Assembly: GCA_045111335.1 (NCBI GenBank)
Contig: JBGUGE010000002.1
Span: 1,032 to 65,031 of the forward strand
DNA from: Alphaproteobacteria bacterium
GTDB lineage: Bacteria; Pseudomonadota; Alphaproteobacteria; RF32; CAG-239
Length of the DNA: 64,000 bases
Reading direction: 5' to 3'
Positions 1-8,665 of the stretch are shown here, one piece after another; the first letter of the stretch is position 1, and every line of letters begins with the position of its first letter. The notes beneath the pieces were generated by a model, which ran no database searches, had not been told where the DNA came from, and saw only the letters and a list, made by a program, of their open reading frames with translations. Both the position numbers and the translations under genes were made by a program.

Positions 1-2
1 TT

Positions 3-251
3 GAGGTCGGCGCGTGGTTTGCCCTAAACTGGGGATATTTATTGTGGCTGACGGCGACGGATTACGGCATTTTAAACTGGACAATGACTTGGACATCATT
101 TATCGGAACATTACTGTTTTTTGTGCCGATAATTCTACTTGCCGGCGGGGTTCGTCTTTTAAGCAATCGTGCTGTTTTGTGGACATTCTTCAGCCTGATT
201 ATTTTTTATGTGTCAGTTGTCGTTTTGGCATTATCAGTTTTTGACAGATAA
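3..251 (+). CDS. 3' fragment of a membrane protein gene (open at window start)
   Basis: Frame open from position 3 to the stop at 249-251. Hydrophobic segments in the translation. Continues the 42..251 track ORF in the same frame. Confidence 0.35.
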   Translation, partial: EVGAWFALNWGYLLWLTATDYGILNWTMTWTSFIGTLLFFVPIILLAGGVRLLSNRAVLWTFFSLIIFYVSVVVLALSVFDR

Positions 252-281
252 TATGTGTCGTTCTGGTAATTAAAATAACAG

Positions 282-318
282 GCAAGAGTTGAAATATACT
301 CTTGCTCTTTTTATTTTT
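282..318 (+). terminator. Rho-independent terminator
   Basis: Inverted repeat gcaagagt / actcttgc followed by tctttttattttt. Confidence 0.55.
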
Positions 319-818
319 GCCGTATTATATTCTTAATTCAACCTAAAGTAGTACGACTTATCCGCAACAAATAGCAACAACACCGGCGCCATGGTGCAAT
401 CCGGCAACGCAAATTAGCCCGGTGCCGTGGCGAAATAATCAAAACATAACACCGTGGGCGAGAGGATATGATTTGAGTGCGCCGACACAGAGTAATATCA
501 ATACACAATCTATTGATTATTCATTGTATGGAAATGACTTTTCCCGTGAATTCATTGATTAGATGGAAAATGATGAGGAATTTCAAAAAATATTAAATGA
601 ATATATAGTCATCAATGAGTTCTTTTATCCTTTCTTTACTGCTCCAATCACTGCTTTCGTATACGGCATCAATATCTATACCGTGATATAATTCCGCTCT
701 TGCATTTGCACAAAATCTAAAATCAGGCTTTGTCGATATATTATGATATTTTTTTTGCTTGACTTTGACAAAAACATGGTCATACTAAATCCATAAAAAC
801 AATAATTTAAAAACAGTT

Positions 819-1085
819 ATGGATAAATATTACTATGTTTTATTGCTTGTTTGGATAATTGGGATGTTTTGGTTTGTATACGAAATTTTCCGCGGTGTCC
901 AGAGAAATCGGTATATTGCCTATCTGCGCCGTTTGAGCGACGATAAATTGAGGGCACTCTATGCCGAAAAATGGAGAAAGGTAAACATTGCAATGTTTAG
1001 TCGGTACACCGAAACCATGCAGTATGTCGAAGTCATACGTGAAATGGTTCGCCGGCAGATTTATGCGGATACCTATGTTTACTGA
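819..1085 (+). CDS. small membrane protein, unknown function
   Basis: 88-aa ORF with an N-terminal hydrophobic helix. Terminator immediately downstream. Confidence 0.4.
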   Translation: MDKYYYVLLLVWIIGMFWFVYEIFRGVQRNRYIAYLRRLSDDKLRALYAEKWRKVNIAMFSRYTETMQYVEVIREMVRRQIYADTYVY

Positions 1086-1123
1086 AATACAAAAACAAAC
1101 CCCGACTTTGCGGGCAGCGGTTA

Positions 1124-1168
1124 AAAGAAAGACGTGAGCTTAAGCGGCTCGCGTCTTTCTTTTTATTT
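1124..1168 (+). terminator. Rho-independent terminator
   Basis: Stem agaaagacgtgagc / gctcgcgtctttct followed by a T-run. Confidence 0.6.
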
Positions 1169-1270
1169 TAACACAAAAAAATGGGATTACATGCAAGAAA
1201 ATGATTGATTTTTGTCAAAAATAGTGTATGATACTTAGCAAATGTTGAGTTTTTCTGTTCGGGAGAGAAT

Positions 1271-3922
1271 TTGATGAGCAAATACAAGACGCTGAGAGTG
1301 AGACCAAGCTACTACAATGACGGCGAAGGTTCGGTCAGTATATGGAATGAAGAAGACGAAACCAAAAACATCAGAATTATTCAGGATAATTGCGTCATCA
1401 ATGAGGAACAAATTATCAAAATTTATGATTTTTGGTTGAAAAACCCGCAGGCTAAAAGAATATATATTGATAAAGACCGGTCGGTTAACGGGGAATACGA
1501 GGGCGCAGATAGCGAGTTTACCGTATTTTACGGCGATGATAAAGGTGAATATGCAGTTAATTTGGCCGAATTACCGGCGGCCGAAAATGCGGAATTAAAA
1601 GAAGCACTCAACGGCGAAGCAGAAAGATTAAAACAAGAGCGAATTGCCGAAGAAATTGCCCAAGAAAAAGCAAGGGCGGAAGAAGAGCATAAAGAAGCCG
1701 AAAAGCGGATTCAAGAAAAACTCAAACTGCTGAGCGAAAAGAAGAAAATCACGCAAAAAGCAAATAATCCGTTTATGCAATATAAAAAGACGCCGGAAAA
1801 AACCTATAATGATGCGCCGATCGGCACCAAAGTCGAAATTTTGGGCGGTAACAACGAATATCGTATCGGTGCCAGCAGTAAGTTGGTTGAACACAATGAG
1901 CCGGGTAAACCGGTGGCGCGGATTTTGATTGATGACGGGGCGATGTTCCCGCCGGATTGGATTGGCTACGACTCGGCTATTCCGGATATGCGTCGATATT
2001 TCGACAGTCCGTACGGCAAGGCGGAAAAGCCGGTAAGTGCGATGTTTATTACCCACTGTCACGAAGATCATATCGGAGCTATTGTGTTTTTGGCAGCCGC
2101 AAAGTTTAAGCTACCGAAGATTTATACCAGCGAATTTACGGCCAATTTTATCAAAGAACAGATGAGAAACAACAGTGTGCCGGAAGAATTTGTGCCGGAG
2201 TTTGAGATTATCCGCCAGGGTGAATATGTCGAAATCGGCGATAATATGAAAGTTTCTCCGTTCAATATACCGCATTCAACGGCGGGTGCTCTCGGGTTCC
2301 ATATCGGCACCACTCTTGACGGCAAAGACAATGCGGGTTTGGTATTTACCGGCGATTATCATATGGATAACGTTCCGTTCGGACCGAGTTTCAGTGAAGA
2401 AGATCTCAAAAAATTTATGGCCGGCAAATATGTTTCGCACATTTTAATGGACTCAACATCGGCAACTACCGATATGTATGATGAGAACGGCAATCGCCTG
2501 ATTCCGGATTTCAATAAGGCGGTGGAAAATACGGTGCGCGAAATTACCAAACATCCGGAAAAGCAGATTTTTTCGCCGGTGATTGCCCGCAGTGTGCAAA
2601 ATTTAGCCATTGACATCAAAGCAGCGGCCGAAACCGGACGTACGATTTTAATCGGCAGTCGCGGTTTGCGGCAGGCGGTGAAAGATTTGCTGCTGATAAT
2701 TCGCAATAAAGACCGTTGGGTAAAAGAAAAGATTTTGCAAATCAAAAAAGAAGCATATCAGGCGCGGCAGAAGGCGCAAAGCGAGGGCAAACCTTGCTTT
2801 TATGACGAAGAACAACGGATTGCCGAAGCCAAACTCGATGCGGAAGTTATTTCGGATATGATGCGGCTTTCTTCGGGCGAAAAAATCGATTTGGAAAAGG
2901 TTATTTATAACGCTAGCGATTTGGATAATACCGATATTCAGAAGTATTTGAACAAATATCCGCCGCAAGAACGCTATATGATTATCAGCGGTGCATTTGC
3001 TGAAGATAAAGCCGATCGCAAGTCGACACTGGTGTTGATGAGTGAGCAAAATAAGGCAACCATTGATAAAGACGGTAAGATTAAAGGCAAGGGGGATACC
3101 GGACATCCGCTGTTTACGGTGGATAACAATACCCTGATTATGTTACGCCAGCGGCCGATTGAATCGATTAACGGAGCAAAACATCGTGCGGTGGTGGCTA
3201 AGTTGCAGAGTTTGGGGGCTACGGTGATTACCAACGGCGATACGATTGATACCAAATATCAGCGTACCGGCCATGCCACCAGAGAGGAAACGTTGCGCTT
3301 GCACAAACTGACAATGGAAAACTGCAAGAATGCCGCCGCGTTTGCCGACGGTTCGCAACGCATTATCGATATTGCGGTGCACGGCGATCAGGAACAGTTG
3401 CCGGCGATGCTCGAGGTGGTAAAGCAGCATAACGGTGTGCCGTTGCTGTGTATGAATACCGATGCGATTGTGATTGATCAAAGCGGTACCTATAAAGAAC
3501 AGGGTGTCCCGTTTGAGCAGCAAAAATGGATTTGTGTACAAGCACAATGTATTGTGGGTTCGGGCAGTAATAATTTGTTTGTGTTTGATCGCTGCGACCA
3601 TAATTTGATGTTTGAAGAGCATTTATTTACGGTAATGAACGTACAGGCACGCAAGAGTGCGAGAATTGACGGCGATTATATGATGCGCAAGGCGGTGGAG
3701 AAGGCTGAAGAAATGGTGGAAAAAGAAGGTATGTCCGCCTCAAATATCGAAATTCGTATGCAAAAGCAATCTAAGCATTATAAAGACAGACGCGGCGAGA
3801 ATACGCGCATGACTTATCAGGAGTGGTTGGAACAGCAAGAATCTAAGCCGAAAGGCAAGTTCGGCCGCAAACAAAAGAAATTCAACCGCCGTAAAGGGTA
3901 TAACGGCGGTGGTCGCGAATAA
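1271..3922 (+). CDS. RNase J-like beta-CASP metallo-beta-lactamase fold ribonuclease with ~230-aa N-terminal (Glu/Lys coiled-coil) and basic C-terminal extensions
   Basis: Motifs ILIDDG, FITHCHEDHIGA (HxHxDH), PHSTAGA, FTGDYHMD and ILMDSTSAT match the RNase J MBL/beta-CASP motif order (vIDcG, HGHEDH, HS.PgS, YTGDFK, LLSDSTN). 883 aa. C-terminal tail is KGKFGRKQKKFNRRKGYNGGGRE. Confidence 0.55.
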   Translation: MMSKYKTLRVRPSYYNDGEGSVSIWNEEDETKNIRIIQDNCVINEEQIIKIYDFWLKNPQAKRIYIDKDRSVNGEYEGADSEFTVFYGDDKGEYAVNLAELPAAENAELKEALNGEAERLKQERIAEEIAQEKARAEEEHKEAEKRIQEKLKLLSEKKKITQKANNPFMQYKKTPEKTYNDAPIGTKVEILGGNNEYRIGASSKLVEHNEPGKPVARILIDDGAMFPPDWIGYDSAIPDMRRYFDSPYGKAEKPVSAMFITHCHEDHIGAIVFLAAAKFKLPKIYTSEFTANFIKEQMRNNSVPEEFVPEFEIIRQGEYVEIGDNMKVSPFNIPHSTAGALGFHIGTTLDGKDNAGLVFTGDYHMDNVPFGPSFSEEDLKKFMAGKYVSHILMDSTSATTDMYDENGNRLIPDFNKAVENTVREITKHPEKQIFSPVIARSVQNLAIDIKAAAETGRTILIGSRGLRQAVKDLLLIIRNKDRWVKEKILQIKKEAYQARQKAQSEGKPCFYDEEQRIAEAKLDAEVISDMMRLSSGEKIDLEKVIYNASDLDNTDIQKYLNKYPPQERYMIISGAFAEDKADRKSTLVLMSEQNKATIDKDGKIKGKGDTGHPLFTVDNNTLIMLRQRPIESINGAKHRAVVAKLQSLGATVITNGDTIDTKYQRTGHATREETLRLHKLTMENCKNAAAFADGSQRIIDIAVHGDQEQLPAMLEVVKQHNGVPLLCMNTDAIVIDQSGTYKEQGVPFEQQKWICVQAQCIVGSGSNNLFVFDRCDHNLMFEEHLFTVMNVQARKSARIDGDYMMRKAVEKAEEMVEKEGMSASNIEIRMQKQSKHYKDRRGENTRMTYQEWLEQQESKPKGKFGRKQKKFNRRKGYNGGGRE

Positions 3923-3952
3923 ACCGAGTCATCAAGTTTTGCGGCAGAGTCT

Positions 3953-4711
3953 TTATTTGGTGCGTTTTTCCAGCATTGCGGCGCATATTTTTTGGAAGAA
4001 GAAACGTTCTTTACAGCGATCAAACGGTTGCCAGCCTTCGTCGTTTACGGCGTCCATATCGGCACCGGCGGCTACCAAATATTTTGCCATTTGCACATTA
4101 TCAAATCTGACCGCATGGTGAAGTGCGGTATAGCCGTCAGGGGCTTTGGCATTAACGTCGGCACCAGCATCTATCAGCAGCTTGACCGCGTTGTCGGCAT
4201 TATTTTTTGCCGCAAACAGCAATGGCGTTTCACCCTTTGAATAATATTCCTGCGATACCATTTCCAAATCCGGATGATACGGCATAACTTTATCCAAACA
4301 TTGTGCGTTATGCTTACTGTCAAGCATATAAAAGTACAGAGAGCCTTTAAAGCCGTCAATCCGCTCATACATAATATCTATTCCGCCCTCTTGCAGAATT
4401 TTATCCAGAGCCTCGCAATCGCCGTCCTTAATTGCATCCATTATGCCGTTTACCATATTTTCTTTTTTTATTCCTTCTTTGTCGCATCTGATTTTGCGGC
4501 CGGTACGATAATTATATTTCGGTGTCCATGCCTCGCCCGGACAGGTTGGTGAGTCAATACAGTTGGTCAGCGTTTTCACCCACACAATGCCGTCTTTACA
4601 TCTTTCGGAACCGATTGGTGCGGAATCTTTGGAATACACTTTGCCGGCATACCCCGCGGCCATACCCAAAACAAACAATAATCCTAAAGTTATAAATGTT
4701 TTCTTTTTCAT
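3953..4711 (-). CDS. secreted ankyrin-repeat protein
   Basis: N-terminal signal peptide MKKKTFITLGLLFVLGMAAG. Cys-rich module. At least 3 ankyrin repeats (TPLLFAAKNNADNAVKLLIDAGADVNA; GYTALHHAVRFDNVQMAKYLVAAGADMDA). Confidence 0.7.
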   Translation of the reverse strand: MKKKTFITLGLLFVLGMAAGYAGKVYSKDSAPIGSERCKDGIVWVKTLTNCIDSPTCPGEAWTPKYNYRTGRKIRCDKEGIKKENMVNGIMDAIKDGDCEALDKILQEGGIDIMYERIDGFKGSLYFYMLDSKHNAQCLDKVMPYHPDLEMVSQEYYSKGETPLLFAAKNNADNAVKLLIDAGADVNAKAPDGYTALHHAVRFDNVQMAKYLVAAGADMDAVNDEGWQPFDRCKERFFFQKICAAMLEKRTK

Positions 4712-4714
4712 TTT

Positions 4715-5731
4715 CTACTCCTTTGCCTCTTGTTTTTGTTGCATTTGGGATTGTAAAATATTCCTCAATCGCTCAATCCTGTCCTGAAAGTCTTTGGATT
4801 TTACATGGTTAATCGCACGTATATAAGAAATGGGAAATTGCAGATCCTTCTCAGAAATGCCGTCCGTATCGGCACCATTTTTGATTAATACGGCAGCAAT
4901 ATTGGCACTATTATTTTCTATGGAATACTTTAATAATGATTCTCCGTTTTTAGCTTTAGCATTAACATCTGCACCGGCTTTTATCAGTGCAACCGCTATG
5001 TGGTTACTGTGCATATCGATGGTACGTTCTAATAACGATTCTCCGTTTTTGTCTTGAGAATCCGTAGGCAAACCGTTTTCCACCAGCCATTTTATAATTT
5101 CATGGTCATCATTTTTGAACGCATCATTTACAATCGTCGATATTTCATCGTCATCTTCACTTAGGGGCTTTTTCTGCAACAACAGCATTCGGGTGGCTTG
5201 TTTCCTATTTTTACCGTACGCATATTGTAGCGGTGTTTTATCATTAAATTTTATGGCATTAACATTAATTTTGGCAGAATAAACCTCCGGAATACACTTC
5301 TCGGCATAGTCTATTATGTAATAAAGCAACGGCATCAGCTGTCGGTTTTCAGAATAAACCGTTGTACTTAAATAATCTGCCGGATTATCTTTCCACAATT
5401 TTGCCGCCTTTTCGCAATTTCCTGCCGTCAACGCTTCGCCGATTTTTCGCAGTTTATATTCTCGAGGATTTTTTATTTTATCTGCTTTTTCCGCATTTCC
5501 GCATTTGATAACACTTCCGGTAAAAGGATGCTGTTTATTCTGCCAAGAACAGCGCATCGGCATATCTATGCAATCACAGTAATTACAATGAAGCACCTGA
5601 AGTTTACCGCCGACACACCTTTCTTTTTCCGTAGTGTCCTCACTCATATCACGATACCATTGCCAACCTATCCCTATAAGAGCCAGCAAAATCACACAAA
5701 CGATACCCCAAATAATTTTCTTTTTCATCAC
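4715..5731 (-). CDS. secreted/membrane-anchored ankyrin-repeat protein (paralogue of 3953..4711)
   Basis: N-terminal TM/signal region. Cys-rich module (CVGGKLQVLHCNYCDCIDMPMRC). Ankyrin repeats (ESLLERTIDMHSNHIAVALIKAGADVNAKAKNGESLL...). Confidence 0.7.
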   Translation of the reverse strand: MMKKKIIWGIVCVILLALIGIGWQWYRDMSEDTTEKERCVGGKLQVLHCNYCDCIDMPMRCSWQNKQHPFTGSVIKCGNAEKADKIKNPREYKLRKIGEALTAGNCEKAAKLWKDNPADYLSTTVYSENRQLMPLLYYIIDYAEKCIPEVYSAKINVNAIKFNDKTPLQYAYGKNRKQATRMLLLQKKPLSEDDDEISTIVNDAFKNDDHEIIKWLVENGLPTDSQDKNGESLLERTIDMHSNHIAVALIKAGADVNAKAKNGESLLKYSIENNSANIAAVLIKNGADTDGISEKDLQFPISYIRAINHVKSKDFQDRIERLRNILQSQMQQKQEAKE

Positions 5732-6369
5732 CTGTTCCTTTTATCTTTGCTTCGGCAGTATTCGTAAATCGGGCATTTATCGCACAGCGGCTTTTGCGCC
5801 TTGCAGGTATAGCGGCCGAACAGTACCAGCCAATGATTGGTGTTGACAGTCATTTCCGGCGGCAGAACTTTCAGCAAATCCTTTTCTATTTCAAGCGGGG
5901 TTTTACCGCGGCTGAAATCAAGCCGGTGTGCAATTCGCATAACGTGGGTATCAACCGCTAAGGTCGGTTGATGGTACCACACATTCATCACTACATTGGC
6001 GGTTTTACGCCCCACACCGGCAAGCGTGGTCAACACATCACGGTCAGCCGGGACTTCGCCGCCGAAATCGTCGACTAATTGCCGACTCATCAGCATAATG
6101 TTTTTGGCCTTGTTATTGAACAATCCTATGGTTTTGATATGATTTTTGAGTTTTTCTTCGCCGAGAGAGAGCATTTTTTGCGGCGAATCGGCAATTTTGA
6201 ATAATGCCTCAGTTGCTTTATTAACCCCTTTATCGGTACTTTGCGCCGATAAAATCACCGCTACCAACAGCGTGTACGGATTATGAAAGTGGAGTTCGCA
6301 TTGCGGGTTGGGATTTTCGCGTTCAAAAATCCGCATAATCTCGAGGATTTCCTTTGGCGAACGCGTCAT
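5728..6369 (-). CDS. nth: endonuclease III
   Basis: HhH-GPD motif (LLVAVILSAQSTD), [4Fe-4S] Cys cluster CKAQKPLCDKCPIYEYC. 213 aa. 4-nt overlap with tsaD. Confidence 0.85.
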   Translation of the reverse strand: MTRSPKEILEIMRIFERENPNPQCELHFHNPYTLLVAVILSAQSTDKGVNKATEALFKIADSPQKMLSLGEEKLKNHIKTIGLFNNKAKNIMLMSRQLVDDFGGEVPADRDVLTTLAGVGRKTANVVMNVWYHQPTLAVDTHVMRIAHRLDFSRGKTPLEIEKDLLKVLPPEMTVNTNHWLVLFGRYTCKAQKPLCDKCPIYEYCRSKDKRNR

Positions 6370-7454
6370 GCTTTAACTCCTCCGGCACCCGGAGCCTTAG
6401 GGGCGGCCTCATCAAGCGGCCAACGCGGACGCGGTTTGAAATCAAGTTCATTGGTATATCCCAAGCGATAGCGCTCCAAACCGGCCCAAGCTACCATTAC
6501 TCCGTTATCGGTGCAAAAACGAATCGGCGGCGCGGCAAATTCCAAATCGTTGGCAAAAGCCAATTCTTTGAGCGCGTTGCGCAAATAAGTGTTGGAGGCA
6601 ACACCGCCCGAAACCACCAAATGCTCGCCTTCCGGATATTTTTGTTTGAAGTAGGCAATTGCGCGCTCTAATTTGCGTACCAAACAATCGGTCGCAGTCA
6701 TCTGAAAGCAGGCGCAGATATCGGCTACGTCCTGTTTAGGTAAAATTGCGTGTTCGACCAAACCATCTGGCGAATAAGATTCGATGATTTTGCGCACTGC
6801 GGTTTTTAAGCCGGAAAATGAGAGATTGCAATCGCCGGAATTTAAGAGTGGTCGCGGCAATGTGAAGCGTGAATCATTGCCGATAGCGGCCATTTTTTCA
6901 ATCATCGGTCCGCCCGGATAGCCCAAACCGAGCATTTTTGCAACCTTGTCAAAGGCTTCGCCGGCGGCATCGTCGATGGTAGTGCCGAGACGTTCGTAGT
7001 CTCCGACATTCTTTACCACTAAAATCTGACAATGTCCGCCCGAAACCAGCAGTAATAAATACGGAAAACGGATGTCGTTGGCAATTCGGGCGCAGAGGGC
7101 ATGACCTTCCAGATGATTTACCGCAACAAACGGCTTGTTAAGTGCCAATGCCAAAGCCTTGGCCGTCATTGCTCCGACCACCACGCCACCGATGAGCCCC
7201 GGCCCGCATGATGCGGCAATTGCGTCAATATCCTTAAGCTCGGTATGGGCGCGTTGCAGGCACAGCGATACAATCTCGTCAATATGCTCCAAGTGGGCGC
7301 GTGCGGCAATCTCCGGCACTACACCACCGTATTGTTTATGTTCTTCTTGTGATTGCAGAGCTTCGCCTAAAATCTCTTTGCTGTCACTTACAATCGCGGC
7401 TCCGGTATCATCACAGCTGCTTTCTATTCCCAAAACAATCATCGTTTTTTCCAA
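6366..7454 (-). CDS. tsaD: tRNA N6-adenosine threonylcarbamoyltransferase
   Basis: MIVLGIESSCDDTGAAIV N-terminus. Kae1/Gcp/TsaD family length and His-rich metal-binding region. Confidence 0.85.
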   Translation of the reverse strand: MEKTMIVLGIESSCDDTGAAIVSDSKEILGEALQSQEEHKQYGGVVPEIAARAHLEHIDEIVSLCLQRAHTELKDIDAIAASCGPGLIGGVVVGAMTAKALALALNKPFVAVNHLEGHALCARIANDIRFPYLLLLVSGGHCQILVVKNVGDYERLGTTIDDAAGEAFDKVAKMLGLGYPGGPMIEKMAAIGNDSRFTLPRPLLNSGDCNLSFSGLKTAVRKIIESYSPDGLVEHAILPKQDVADICACFQMTATDCLVRKLERAIAYFKQKYPEGEHLVVSGGVASNTYLRNALKELAFANDLEFAAPPIRFCTDNGVMVAWAGLERYRLGYTNELDFKPRPRWPLDEAAPKAPGAGGVKA

Positions 7455-7543
7455 AAATGATTTTTATTCACTCACTTTAAACTATTTGTGTTATAAATAT
7501 ATGAAATATATTCGGTTCAAATGTCAAGAAAAAGGATACGAAA

Positions 7544-8662
7544 ATGGCTAAAAATGATAAAAAAATTAACACCATACCGGCAGAAGATAAACAGCCGGAG
7601 GTGATTTCGGCAGTAAAACCGGCACCGGAGCCGCATAAACCGGAGCCGCATAAACCGCCGCACCCGGCCGAACCGCCGCATAAAAAACGCCACGGGTTGC
7701 GTAATTTTGTGTTGTTTATTATCCTTTTGGCTGTCGGTGCCGTCGGTTATTTGACCATGCAGTTGCGCCAAACCGAAAAGCTTAATACCGAAGCTTTGAA
7801 TAAGTTGCAACAAGCGTATGATGAAAAATTGAATAAAGTAACCGATAGAGTTAATATCTTAGACAGAGAAGTCGTCGGGTTGAAAAATCGGCCGATTGTC
7901 GAGCATGCCGCAGGTATCAGCGAAAATCAGCTTAATCAAAAATTGGCGGCGTTGCGCGACGAGTTGATGCATCGTTTGGGCGCAACGGATATTGCAAAAG
8001 AAACCGTTGAAGGCAAACCTGCACAAGAAACGGCCGAAAATACGGGAGTTGCCGATATCCCGCCGTTTACAAGTGTGACGCAATCCGAAAAGACTACACA
8101 AGAGATTCTGCTTGCCAGCGGGGCAATTATTGTGCGCGATTTGGCCGAACAAGGGGTTGATTTTGCTTATGAGGCCGAGGTGTTGCAAATTTTGGCACAA
8201 GGAAACGATTTGGCGGCAAAAAATGTGCAAATTGTTCGTAGCTATGCTAATTCCGGCATTACTGGTAAAAACAAACTTATTCGCGCTTTTGATAAAATTT
8301 TTGCGGAATTGAATACCGCGGAAACAAAATCGGAAACCGCCAAAGCGCAGAACACCGAAGTTGAAGCAAAATGGTACCTAAAGGTATGGAATTGGATTAA
8401 GTCTCAGGTAATTGCTAAGAAACGTGCGCAAAAACCGGTGTTTACGCCGCAAAAAGATGAAGTTTTGGATTTGGTAAACGAAGGTCGTTTGCAAGATGCA
8501 TTGAATGCCCTACGCATCAGCGAGAAGTATTCTAAGGTCGATTCCGAGCCGTTGCGCCAATGGCGTATGCAAGCGGAACGGTATTTGGAATTTGACAGCG
8601 CCATCAATGCCGTGATTATGAACGCATTAGCCAATATTCGCTTAAAGGAAATGGAACATTAG
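7544..8662 (+). CDS. membrane-anchored coiled-coil protein, Mic60/HemX-like (mitofilin-domain) candidate
   Basis: Pro/His-rich N-terminus with PEPHKP tandem repeat, one TM helix, coiled-coil, conserved C-terminal helix pair (LRQWRMQAERYLEFDSAINAV). Architecture as in alphaproteobacterial Mic60. Confidence 0.35.
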   Translation: MAKNDKKINTIPAEDKQPEVISAVKPAPEPHKPEPHKPPHPAEPPHKKRHGLRNFVLFIILLAVGAVGYLTMQLRQTEKLNTEALNKLQQAYDEKLNKVTDRVNILDREVVGLKNRPIVEHAAGISENQLNQKLAALRDELMHRLGATDIAKETVEGKPAQETAENTGVADIPPFTSVTQSEKTTQEILLASGAIIVRDLAEQGVDFAYEAEVLQILAQGNDLAAKNVQIVRSYANSGITGKNKLIRAFDKIFAELNTAETKSETAKAQNTEVEAKWYLKVWNWIKSQVIAKKRAQKPVFTPQKDEVLDLVNEGRLQDALNALRISEKYSKVDSEPLRQWRMQAERYLEFDSAINAVIMNALANIRLKEMEH

Positions 8663-8665
8663 GAG

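Noticed and set aside
1628-3622. Several long minus-strand ORFs (1628..2071, 2359..2745, 2648..3106, 3143..3622) inside the RNase J-like gene
   Set aside because: They are antisense to a long ORF with clear conserved motifs. Their translations are low-complexity or hydrophobic with no motifs.
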